Shown here: in pieces, positions 26,209 through 34,610 of the stretch
How the letters are laid out: every line of letters starts with the position of its first letter
Numbering within the stretch: the first letter of the stretch is position 1
NCBI GenBank assembly: GCA_964574355.1
Contig: CAZNMD010000005.1
Location: 1 to 51,360 of the forward strand
Length of the DNA: 51,360 bases
From: an uncultured Candidatus Saccharibacteria bacterium
GTDB lineage: Bacteria > Patescibacteriota > Minisyncoccia > Phycocordibacterales > DSPV01
Direction: 5' to 3'
Notes under the pieces: model-generated
What the model saw: the letters and a program-made list of their open reading frames with translations, nothing else
The model's database searches: none
Told to the model about the DNA's origin: nothing
Made by a program: the position numbers and the translations under genes

Positions 26209-27102
26209 GTGGACAAACAAAAACTAATCACTGTTATTGGTCCAACAGCAACCGGAAAAAGCGCTCTGGCGGTTTTACTTGCAAAAAAATATGGTGGCGA
26301 GATTATTGGAGCCGACTCAAGACAAGTATATAAAAACCTTGATATTGGCACTGGAAAAGTTACCAAAAAAGAAATGCGGGGTGTTCCACATTATCTCCTT
26401 GATGTAGCTGATCCTAAAAAACAATTTAGTGTTTCTGAATACGTTGAACTGGCAGAAAAAACAATCGTGGAAATTGTTGGCCACGGAAAGATACCTATCG
26501 TTTGTGGCGGAACAGGATTTTATATCGACACCCTGTTGAGTAACACCAAAATTCCTCATGTTCCACCAGATAAAGAACTACGAAAACGTCTCGAGGGAAG
26601 ATCTGCTTCTGAACTCTACACCATGCTCACCTTTCTTGATAAAGAACGATCAAAGACGATTGACGCTGAAAATTCACGACGCCTCATCAGGGCAATTGAA
26701 ATAGCAAAGCATTTTGGCGCTGTCCCTTCTCTTTCACCCGGTGAATCAAAATATAACGTACTCAAAATTGGCCTTACCCTACCAAAAGAAGAGCTTCGAA
26801 AAAAAATTCGAGATCGAATTTTTTCACGCCTAAAAGAAGGGATGATTGCCGAAGTTAAAAACCTTCATACACAAGGCCTTTCCTGGAAACGAATGGAAGC
26901 ACTTGGCCTTGAATATCGTTTCATTGCTCGCCATCTTCAAAAAAAACTAACCGAAACAGAACTTGTAGGAAAATTAGAAACCGAAATATGGCGTTACTCA
27001 AAAAGACAAATCACCTGGTTTAAACGCGATAAAAAAATTCAATGGTTCAATCCGAAGGAAACTTCAGCAATAGAACAAACGGTTGAGAATTTTTTGAAAT
27101 AG
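26209..27102 (+). CDS. miaA: tRNA dimethylallyltransferase
   Basis: GPTATGKS, DSRQVY, GTGK, GGTGFY and KRQITWF. Confidence 0.96.
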   Translation: MDKQKLITVIGPTATGKSALAVLLAKKYGGEIIGADSRQVYKNLDIGTGKVTKKEMRGVPHYLLDVADPKKQFSVSEYVELAEKTIVEIVGHGKIPIVCGGTGFYIDTLLSNTKIPHVPPDKELRKRLEGRSASELYTMLTFLDKERSKTIDAENSRRLIRAIEIAKHFGAVPSLSPGESKYNVLKIGLTLPKEELRKKIRDRIFSRLKEGMIAEVKNLHTQGLSWKRMEALGLEYRFIARHLQKKLTETELVGKLETEIWRYSKRQITWFKRDKKIQWFNPKETSAIEQTVENFLK

Positions 27103-27149
27103 AAAAACGCCCCGTATGTACAGGACGTTTTTGTAACAACCGATGAAAA

Positions 27150-27512
27150 TCAAAGATCCACGAACCGAAGAACTACTTCAACCGTTGAAGGGTTAATCGG
27201 AACACAGGCAATCTTGATTTTTGTCACTGGTGAATCTTTTGGCCACTGGCATTCCCCGACATAAGGGGGCTCATCTTTAGGCGACATACCTCCGAGCCGG
27301 TAGAGCTCTGCAAAAACTTGCATAACATCTTCTGCTCGAAAATCATTCAAGTCACCGTGTTTCTCACCATCAAGGAAAACCTTCCCAGAAGGCGCAATAC
27401 GGATCACCTCAACTGAATCATTCCTGGCACAGGTGATCAAACGATTCACTCGGCGAGGAATGGAATCACCAGAACCAACACCAGCTCCTTTTTTTGATGG
27501 TACTCTACTCAT
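27150..27512 (-). CDS. stand-alone PilB/GspE N2-domain-like protein (start uncertain)
   Basis: RVNRLI..A....V..IRIAP...LDG...L.RLGGM...P..G....IKIACVP....VVLRFVD follows the pattern of the secretion-ATPase N2 domain; no Walker A. Confidence 0.55.
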   Translation of the reverse strand: MSRVPSKKGAGVGSGDSIPRRVNRLITCARNDSVEVIRIAPSGKVFLDGEKHGDLNDFRAEDVMQVFAELYRLGGMSPKDEPPYVGECQWPKDSPVTKIKIACVPINPSTVEVVLRFVDL

Positions 27513-27578
27513 GGTGGTCATTTCTTTCATCTTCGAATTCCGAAAATATAATAACACACTATTTTAAAATAAACAATA

Positions 27579-28745
27579 CTATTCCTTAGTATCAGATTTT
27601 AATCTTTTTAAATACGTTTTATCTTTAATTCTATCTGGCAAATAGGTTTCCGTATCATATTTTTTATAATTTTTTCCATATCCTAAATCTTTCATGAGTT
27701 TTGTTGGTGCATTGCGAATTTTTAACGGAATAGCGAGGTTCCCAAATTCTAAAACATCCTTCTTCGCAGCCTGTAATGCGTCATAAGCACCTCTATCCTT
27801 CTTTGCCAGAGAAAGATAGGCAGCCCCGTGCGCAAGATTTATTGCAGCTTCTGGTAATCCGATAATTTCAACCGCACGAAATACTTCATTCGCCACAACA
27901 AGTGCGGTTGGTTGAGCCAATCCAATATCTTCCGACGCAAAAACAACCATTCTACGTGCAATAAATTTTGGATCTTCCCCTCCCTCAATCATCCGAGCCA
28001 AATAGTAGATAGCCGCATCAGCGTCTCCTGCCCGCATGCTTTTTATAAATGCCGAAATAGTGTCGTAATGTTCTTCGCCTTTTTTATCAAAACGGATAAA
28101 TGTATTTTGAAGAGTGTTTTTAAGAGTTTCGAGCGTCACCTTTCCATACAACTGAAGTGCACTCTCAAGAACAGTAATCAACATACGAGCATCACCGTTT
28201 GCCACTTGAAGCAACCAATCAACCGATTCTTTGGTTATTTTCACCTTTGTCCGTTTAATGATTTTTTTCAAATCATCATCAGTAAGTGATTTCAGAACAA
28301 ACACTCGACAACGAGAAAGAAGGGCTGAAATAATTTCAAAACTTGGATTTTCAGTCGTAGCACCGATCAATGTCAGCGCACCTGATTCTACGTATGGCAA
28401 AAGAAAATCTTGCTGTGCTTTATTAAATCGATGAATCTCATCCAAAAATAAAACTTTTGGCCGCTGATCAAAAACCGTATCTTTTTCTTCAACGATTGCC
28501 CGAATATCATCTTTACCAGCCGAAACCGCGGACAACTCATACAAACGAGCATCAAGTGCCTTCGCATAAATTTTCGCGAGTGTTGTTTTACCAACTCCTG
28601 GCGGGCCCCATAAAATAAAAGAAAATCGATGCCTCTCTTTGACCGCAACAGAAAAAGGCTTCCCTGGACCAACAAGATGGTCCTGACCAACAAATTCTTT
28701 CAACCCCTTTGGTCGTATACGTGAAGCCAGCGGCTCAGATTCCAT
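27579..28745 (-). CDS. rarA: replication-associated recombination protein A
   Basis: [48 protein letters not shown] and ASEDIG. Confidence 0.96.
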   Translation of the reverse strand: MESEPLASRIRPKGLKEFVGQDHLVGPGKPFSVAVKERHRFSFILWGPPGVGKTTLAKIYAKALDARLYELSAVSAGKDDIRAIVEEKDTVFDQRPKVLFLDEIHRFNKAQQDFLLPYVESGALTLIGATTENPSFEIISALLSRCRVFVLKSLTDDDLKKIIKRTKVKITKESVDWLLQVANGDARMLITVLESALQLYGKVTLETLKNTLQNTFIRFDKKGEEHYDTISAFIKSMRAGDADAAIYYLARMIEGGEDPKFIARRMVVFASEDIGLAQPTALVVANEVFRAVEIIGLPEAAINLAHGAAYLSLAKKDRGAYDALQAAKKDVLEFGNLAIPLKIRNAPTKLMKDLGYGKNYKKYDTETYLPDRIKDKTYLKRLKSDTKE

Positions 28746-28812
28746 CCCTCAAGCCTACCACTACTCTACCCTTGACTGGAACAATCAATACGCTTTTATT
28801 AAAAAGAAAAAA

Positions 28813-30459
28813 TTACTTCTTAATATGATCAAGTGCATACTTGAGTGTTCCGTGCACCTTTTTCCCTGGATTTAATACATTAAGAGGATCAAAAATCTTC
28901 TTTGTTTCCTCAAAAAGTTTAATTATTTTTTCGCTATACATCATCGGCAAATAGGGCGTTCTTATCATGCCGTCATTATGTTCGCCGGTAATTGAACCTT
29001 TATAAGACATAACCAGCTCATATACCTGTTTTGAAAGATCAGAAATAATGGTTTTTGTTTCCGGTTTTGATAAATCCATAAGCGGGATAATGTGAAAATT
29101 GCCATCACCAATATGTCCCGCAATGGTATACACCAACTTATACTGCTTAAGAATTTTTTCTAGTTTTGGAAAAAACTCTGGAAGAACATCCGGACGAACA
29201 ACAAAATCATCAATAAATGGTGCGGTTTTTAATCCTCTCACGTGTTTACGAAGCAACGCAAAACTTTCGTGTCTAATCGTCCAATATTTTTTTGCACCGT
29301 TTTCACTCGCAATACTAGTAACGGCCGGCAAGCCTTTTAGAGCTTTTTTTGCACGATGCGCCGCCTCCAACGCTTCTTTCTCAGTCTCGCCAGAAAATTC
29401 AGCAAGTAATACAAGCTTCGGCAAACCCCCTTTTATTGTCATCAAAAGTTCAGGAAAAAACGAAAAAGCGAGTGGGATCATTTTACTTCCTAAATGTTTT
29501 GCAATTTCAGGTAAAAATCGGAACGCGAGTTTCATTGTCTGATCATCGTACGATTCAAACGCTTGAGGACGTTCAACAAGAACACGACGAACAATTTCAG
29601 GTAATTTATCAAATGAGCGCATAAAAATCACTAGGAGTGCTTTTCGAGGTTTTGGAACAACTAAATCAAGAGTTGCCTCAGTCACAATCCCAAGTGTCCC
29701 CTGTGAACCCACGACGATCTTCGACAAATCAAAAGTCTTCTTTTCTTTGTCATAAATATTCCACAAATAATAACCTGCAGAATTTTTACTAACATTTGGT
29801 CGAGACTCCTCAATATCTTTTGCATTTTCGGTAACAAGAGCATGCATCTTTCTGTAAATTTCACCTTCTAACGTTTGCTCTTGTTTCTTTTTTTCTAGTG
29901 CATCCTCACCTAACGCTTCAAAAACAACTTCTGAGCCGTCAGAAAGAACTGTTTTCAGGGAACGGACGTATCGTTCTGTTTTCCCATAATTTAAATTAAG
30001 TTCTCCACCAGAATTATTAGCAATCATGCCACCTAGTGCGCAAAGATCTTTTGAGGCGGTAAAACATGGAAGCAACAAACCCTTTTTAGCAGCCTCTGGT
30101 TCAAAATCGCGATAATACACACCCGGTTCAACGATCGCATGTCCACCTTTTCCTTCCTTGGTAATACTTTTTATCTGATTAAGATTTTTTGTAAACGAAA
30201 GCACGATTGACTCACCAAGTGGCCCACCACTCATATCAGTGCCTGCCGCTCGGGCCGTCACCGAAACATCTTCACCTTTCGTTTTTGCTTCATGAGCAAG
30301 ACGAACAACCGCTTGAACATCAGCTGTATCCTTTGGATGGACAACTACCTTTGGTCTTACTGAAAAAATACTGGCATCCGTACTTGCTGTATCAAGTGCA
30401 GCAACACTATCCTCAACTTCACCGCGACACCTTCCAGCAAGATCTTCTTTTAGAGACAT
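28813..30459 (-). CDS. FAD-linked oxidase (GlcD/D-lactate dehydrogenase family)
   Basis: RAAGTDMSGG, GGMIANNSGG, GSQGTLG, GHIGDGNFH, TGEHNDG and FDP.NVLNPGK. Confidence 0.92.
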   Translation of the reverse strand: MSLKEDLAGRCRGEVEDSVAALDTASTDASIFSVRPKVVVHPKDTADVQAVVRLAHEAKTKGEDVSVTARAAGTDMSGGPLGESIVLSFTKNLNQIKSITKEGKGGHAIVEPGVYYRDFEPEAAKKGLLLPCFTASKDLCALGGMIANNSGGELNLNYGKTERYVRSLKTVLSDGSEVVFEALGEDALEKKKQEQTLEGEIYRKMHALVTENAKDIEESRPNVSKNSAGYYLWNIYDKEKKTFDLSKIVVGSQGTLGIVTEATLDLVVPKPRKALLVIFMRSFDKLPEIVRRVLVERPQAFESYDDQTMKLAFRFLPEIAKHLGSKMIPLAFSFFPELLMTIKGGLPKLVLLAEFSGETEKEALEAAHRAKKALKGLPAVTSIASENGAKKYWTIRHESFALLRKHVRGLKTAPFIDDFVVRPDVLPEFFPKLEKILKQYKLVYTIAGHIGDGNFHIIPLMDLSKPETKTIISDLSKQVYELVMSYKGSITGEHNDGMIRTPYLPMMYSEKIIKLFEETKKIFDPLNVLNPGKKVHGTLKYALDHIKK

Positions 30460-30580
30460 GAAGAAATTGTATCACGCCTTGTAAAGAGCGCTCGACTTCT
30501 AACCTGTAGACAAAATAAAAAAACCCGCAACAATTGCTTGCGCGGGTCTTAAACAAAAAAACTCACCCCTACTGCTTCAC

Positions 30581-31327
30581 TTACGCCTTTGCAGAATCCT
30601 TCCTTAATTTCTCCTTTGGAAGAACCTCGGTCAAAGTTTTCCAAATTTGAGGATCTGTTTCAAGAGCCAGAGCCTTGGACCCATCTTTGCACAGCGGACA
30701 TTCTGCTGATGACCACCGACCAATTCTTTGATGAATCATCGACAGAATCTCTCTTCCGTTATGAATTTTTTTGCTCCCAAAATTCACCGGAACCAAAACA
30801 TACTGCTCAACCACTGCCCCAGCGGTCGATACGGCCTGTGCCAAATCATCAACATCTTTAACGTTTTCATCCAGAACCGGCAAACACAGAATAACGTGCT
30901 CACCTGATTCAATCTTCAAACCTTCACACTCAAACACAGAACCATCAGTCGAACAAACATTCGACCAGCAGCACGGTGCATTTTTCGATTGAGCAATAAT
31001 CCTTGCAAGAGCAAACGTGAGCGCCTGAAATTCAGTAAAACCAACCACGCGATTGATATTCTTGGTATTGGCATTCCGACCTTTCGTAAGCAATCCAAAA
31101 AGACCCGCAGCAATTTGATTTAGAACATACGCGTCAGAAAACAAACGCGTCGAATCAAAATAGCCATCTGCGTGTAGGGCATCTTCCAGAATATGTGGTC
31201 GCCGAAAATCACCATCAGAAAACCACAAACCTTTTGTTCTCGCCCCTAATCCAAGTAACTCCTCTCTCGCAGATTTGAAAACATCCCTTTGACCAAAGAG
31301 ATTAAATCGATCTATTGGCATATACAA
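30581..31327 (-). CDS. PyrE-like phosphoribosyltransferase homolog with degenerate PRPP loop
   Basis: HADGYF, a PRT-like topology and C-terminal W...ECPLC..G as in one OPRT subfamily; VEDV.TTG is replaced by CLPVLD. Confidence 0.6.
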   Translation of the reverse strand: MYMPIDRFNLFGQRDVFKSAREELLGLGARTKGLWFSDGDFRRPHILEDALHADGYFDSTRLFSDAYVLNQIAAGLFGLLTKGRNANTKNINRVVGFTEFQALTFALARIIAQSKNAPCCWSNVCSTDGSVFECEGLKIESGEHVILCLPVLDENVKDVDDLAQAVSTAGAVVEQYVLVPVNFGSKKIHNGREILSMIHQRIGRWSSAECPLCKDGSKALALETDPQIWKTLTEVLPKEKLRKDSAKA

Positions 31328-31574
31328 TCCTTTGTTTTTTCAAACACCAAAAACATTTTGGTTCTAATAAGGAACATTAAGGGACAATCAATGGGAATGC
31401 AAGCACCAACTTTTGCGGATACGATGGAGATCGGCCACAGCTCTCGTCGCGCCGTCGCAACACTATATTCCCCGAAATCTACCAAGAACACTTTTTATCA
31501 CCGTCACTCTCCGTGTTTAAAGCGATGGAGGAATCTGTCAGCAATCGAACGCTGCGCGTTCTCTTGAATATTTG

Positions 31575-31645
31575 CGGGCGATGGAGGAATCGAACCTCCG
31601 ACAGCGGTTTTGGAGACCGCAGTTATGCCACTTAACTAATCGCCC
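31575..31645 (-). tRNA. tRNA-Trp(CCA)
   Basis: GGGCGAT/ATCGCCC acceptor, GCGGT-CTCCAAA-ACCGC, GGTTCGATTCC. Confidence 0.95.
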
Positions 31646-31706
31646 GTACGGCTAATTTAACACACGAAAGACACTGAGCCAATGCAAGAAAGAAATGTTT
31701 TGACCC

Positions 31707-31745
31707 ATAAACAAAAATCTCGCACTGGGCGAGATTTTTGTTTAT
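31707..31745 (-). terminator. terminator after rpmG
   Basis: ATAAACAAAAATCTCGC-ACTGG-GCGAGATTTTTGTTTAT 17-bp inverted repeat. Confidence 0.75.
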
Positions 31746-31900
31746 TTCTTTGCTTCCTTGTGCTTTGTCTTCTTTTTGCACCATTTGCAAAACTTCAAAA
31801 GCTCGATTTTTCGTTCGACTTTCTTCTTGTTTTTGCTTGACCAGTAGTTAACGCGCTTACAGGTCTGGCAGGCGAGTTTTATCAATCTATCTTGTGACAT
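31742..31900 (-). CDS. rpmG: 50S ribosomal protein L33 (52 aa, not in the ORF track)
   Basis: Manual translation MSQDRLIKLACQTCKRVNYWSSKNKKKVERKIELLKFCKWCKKKTKHKEAKK. Confidence 0.95.
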   Translation of the reverse strand: MSQDRLIKLACQTCKRVNYWSSKNKKKVERKIELLKFCKWCKKKTKHKEAKK

Positions 31901-31954
31901 GGCTGTTTTTTGAAATGTTTGGAAACTATACCCGAAAGCGGTTAAATACGCAAC

Positions 31955-33097
31955 CTAGCGATATAGACGCTTAATAAGGGGATTAATACGGGTAATTAAC
32001 TCGTAGTGAGACGCATCAATAAGGCCAGAAAGCCAGGGTGCGCTAATTTCACCCTCGCTTGTATGTCCAAGCAGCGTTACGGTATCACCAACAGAAACAT
32101 CACCAACATCAGTCAGATCAACAGTAAGCATATCCATAGAAACACGTCCCAAAACACGAGCCTTCACACCATTCACCAACACATGCCCGATAGACGAAAA
32201 AGCTCGAGAATATCCATGCCAATATCCAATCGGCAAAACACCAATAACAGAATCACGCCACAAAACCTCAGTGCAATCATATCCAACCTTGTCTCCCTTT
32301 TTCAGATTCTTTACCTCAGAGATAATTGTCTTCCAAGAAAGAACTGGCGTTAAATCATATTTTGATTCCATCGCCGATTTTGTTTCTGTTGATGGCCATA
32401 AACCGTATAAACCAATACCAATACGAACCATATCGTAATGCCCTTCAGGAAAAAGCAGTGTTCCCGCTGTTGCACTGGCATGAGTTACCACAGACATCCC
32501 TTCCTCCAAAAAAGCTTTTCTCCACACATTAAACTCTGCGATCTGTTTTTTTGTGTACTCTGGAAACGCAGGATTTTTTGCTGAGGCAAAGTGCGTATAT
32601 AAACCAACAACTTTTATTTTTTCAGCATATTTTTTAAGAAGATGCATCACCTCATCTTTTTCATCAAGCAAAAAACCTTGCCGATGCATTCCGGTATCAA
32701 CCTTCACATGAACTGAGATTGGTTTATCTTTTACTATCGCAACAATGGAACTTACATGATCGTGGTGTGAAAGCGTAATAGAAATATCATGTTCAATGGC
32801 AACCAAAAGCATTTCTGGAAGCGTATACCCCAAAACAATTATAGGTGTTTTTATCCCTTCTCGTCGCAAGGCAAGAGCTTCAATAATCGAATCAACTGCA
32901 ATAGTATCAACTCCTAGCATTTCAACCTCTTTTGCAAAATCAACAAGGCTATGTCCATACGCATTCGACTTCAAAACAGCACATAATTTTGTCTCTTTTT
33001 TTATAAGAGAACGAAAAATGCCTACATTGTGACTAATTGCTTGGCGATTGATTTCTATCCAGGTACGCAAACCCTCCGGATTTTCCTTCTTTGACAT
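31955..33097 (-). CDS. alr: alanine racemase
   Basis: AVLKSNAYGH (PLP lysine), HVKVDTGMHRQG, RIGIGLYG and GRVSMD. Confidence 0.96.
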   Translation of the reverse strand: MSKKENPEGLRTWIEINRQAISHNVGIFRSLIKKETKLCAVLKSNAYGHSLVDFAKEVEMLGVDTIAVDSIIEALALRREGIKTPIIVLGYTLPEMLLVAIEHDISITLSHHDHVSSIVAIVKDKPISVHVKVDTGMHRQGFLLDEKDEVMHLLKKYAEKIKVVGLYTHFASAKNPAFPEYTKKQIAEFNVWRKAFLEEGMSVVTHASATAGTLLFPEGHYDMVRIGIGLYGLWPSTETKSAMESKYDLTPVLSWKTIISEVKNLKKGDKVGYDCTEVLWRDSVIGVLPIGYWHGYSRAFSSIGHVLVNGVKARVLGRVSMDMLTVDLTDVGDVSVGDTVTLLGHTSEGEISAPWLSGLIDASHYELITRINPLIKRLYR

Positions 33098-33148
33098 ATC
33101 ATGAATACTATCGGATTTTAGCAACCCAAGCAATCCGCATAAAATCTT

Positions 33149-33823
33149 CTATCCAAGATTTAAAAATCCAGCGACAATTTTAATACATGTTCCGCCAACA
33201 AAGTACGTGAGATACAAGAAGAGAACCGTTAAAGGGTAACGTAACCACGAATGACTGCGCGGCTTATCAGCCAAAAAATGTTGTATACGCAGGTACGGAG
33301 CCAAATTCATCGCATGATAATTAATCATTATGTACGGGATGAATAAAAGCAAAAACGGATTGAGGAAAAAGAAACTACTTCCATCACCTATGGATTGACC
33401 GAGGGCCATGAGAAAAATATATTCCCACTTTGAATAATGAAAGTGATTAATTAATTTCCAAATCACCCAAAAAATCAAAACGTACACCGGAAGCGTAAGA
33501 GCTAAGTCAATAAAATAATTATGCCAAAATTGAGGCCAAGAAATTGGTAATGTAACAAGCAAATTATCAAGTACAGGCTTACTAATCATGTAGGCCCCCT
33601 CACCAATAGCCGCCAAAAATACCCCAGATAGTATAAAGAACCGTTTTGGATGGACAGGATTAAAAAAACGAAACAACAAAAGTGAACCGAATAACTGAAT
33701 CAGAATAACAATGTGTGTAATATTATCCGGACTAAACTTATCTCGCATAAACGTAACCACCAAGACAAAGACAACCCACGTCACATACAGAGCCGGAAGA
33801 ATTTTTAAGAATTTCTCTTTCAT
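33149..33823 (-). CDS. hypothetical integral membrane protein
   Basis: 224-aa ORF with several hydrophobic segments. Confidence 0.75.
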   Translation of the reverse strand: MKEKFLKILPALYVTWVVFVLVVTFMRDKFSPDNITHIVILIQLFGSLLLFRFFNPVHPKRFFILSGVFLAAIGEGAYMISKPVLDNLLVTLPISWPQFWHNYFIDLALTLPVYVLIFWVIWKLINHFHYSKWEYIFLMALGQSIGDGSSFFFLNPFLLLFIPYIMINYHAMNLAPYLRIQHFLADKPRSHSWLRYPLTVLFLYLTYFVGGTCIKIVAGFLNLG

Positions 33824-33915
33824 ATTTTATTTTTTATATTGTTCCACTAAGTATAGCAATGAGTGCTCCATAAAAAATACTCCTCGGACCTAACCGAGGA
33901 GCAAGGGAAAGTCTG

Positions 33916-34215
33916 TCACGGATCTAAATGTTGCTTTCCTTCACGAGTCCAAGGATCAACGTACCCAACACCGTATACATGCACAAAACGACTATTGGGA
34001 GACAAGAGGTCTTCAAACCGTTGTGCCAAACGAGCAGCCTCTTCTTTCTCTACCTGCTCAACAAAAGCTTCACACTCCGTACAAAGATCGCCTCCTTGAA
34101 AATAAGGATACCCACAAGCCTGACACATGCAATGTCGCTGCTCAGCAAGAAGGTGTGGATTCATCCTTCTGTTGGGCAACGCAATGACACAGACTCTCTC
34201 TTTTTCTATTGCCAT
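33916..34215 (-). CDS. hypothetical Cys-rich (putative zinc-binding) protein
   Basis: AAAGGA SD before ATG 34215; CMCQACG...CTEC; hairpin CTCCTCGG/CCGAGGAG downstream. Confidence 0.6.
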   Translation of the reverse strand: MAIEKERVCVIALPNRRMNPHLLAEQRHCMCQACGYPYFQGGDLCTECEAFVEQVEKEEAARLAQRFEDLLSPNSRFVHVYGVGYVDPWTREGKQHLDP

Positions 34216-34265
34216 AAATGTTCCTTTGTAGAAGTCTGAATAAAACATACCATGAAAAAGAACAC

Positions 34266-34432
34266 TCGGGCCAGAGTGCTCACTGCTCGCCTTCGCAGAC
34301 TCGGCTCCGCTCACGAAACCCACGGTTTCGTGGACATCCTCCACGGAATACTCCCGTTTTCCGACCCTTTCCCAAGTTCGAGTCTGGCCAGACGCAAAAC
34401 AAACCTGGATAAACCAGGTCTGTTTTTTTATG
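34266..34432 (-). other. structured tRNA-Tyr tail element
   Basis: Inverted copy of the tRNA 3' end (34375-34396, 21/22 match), hairpin core and sense fragment (34266-34275). Confidence 0.7.
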
Positions 34433-34515
34433 TGCGTCGGGCCAGACTCGAACTGGCGATGCCCAATGGGCCGCGGATTTACAGTCCGCTGCAATAGCCG
34501 CTATGCGACCGACGC
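34433..34515 (-). tRNA. tRNA-Tyr(GTA)
   Basis: GCGTCGG/CCGACGC acceptor, GCGGA-CTGTAAA-TCCGC, long variable arm, AGTTCGAGTCT. Confidence 0.93.
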
Positions 34516-34610
34516 GTACGTAAAAAGCAGTATAGCCGAAACTGTCATCTTCGCCAAATAAAACCACCCTCAAATAAAACCGACTATCGTCACGATAGTC
34601 GGTTTTATTT

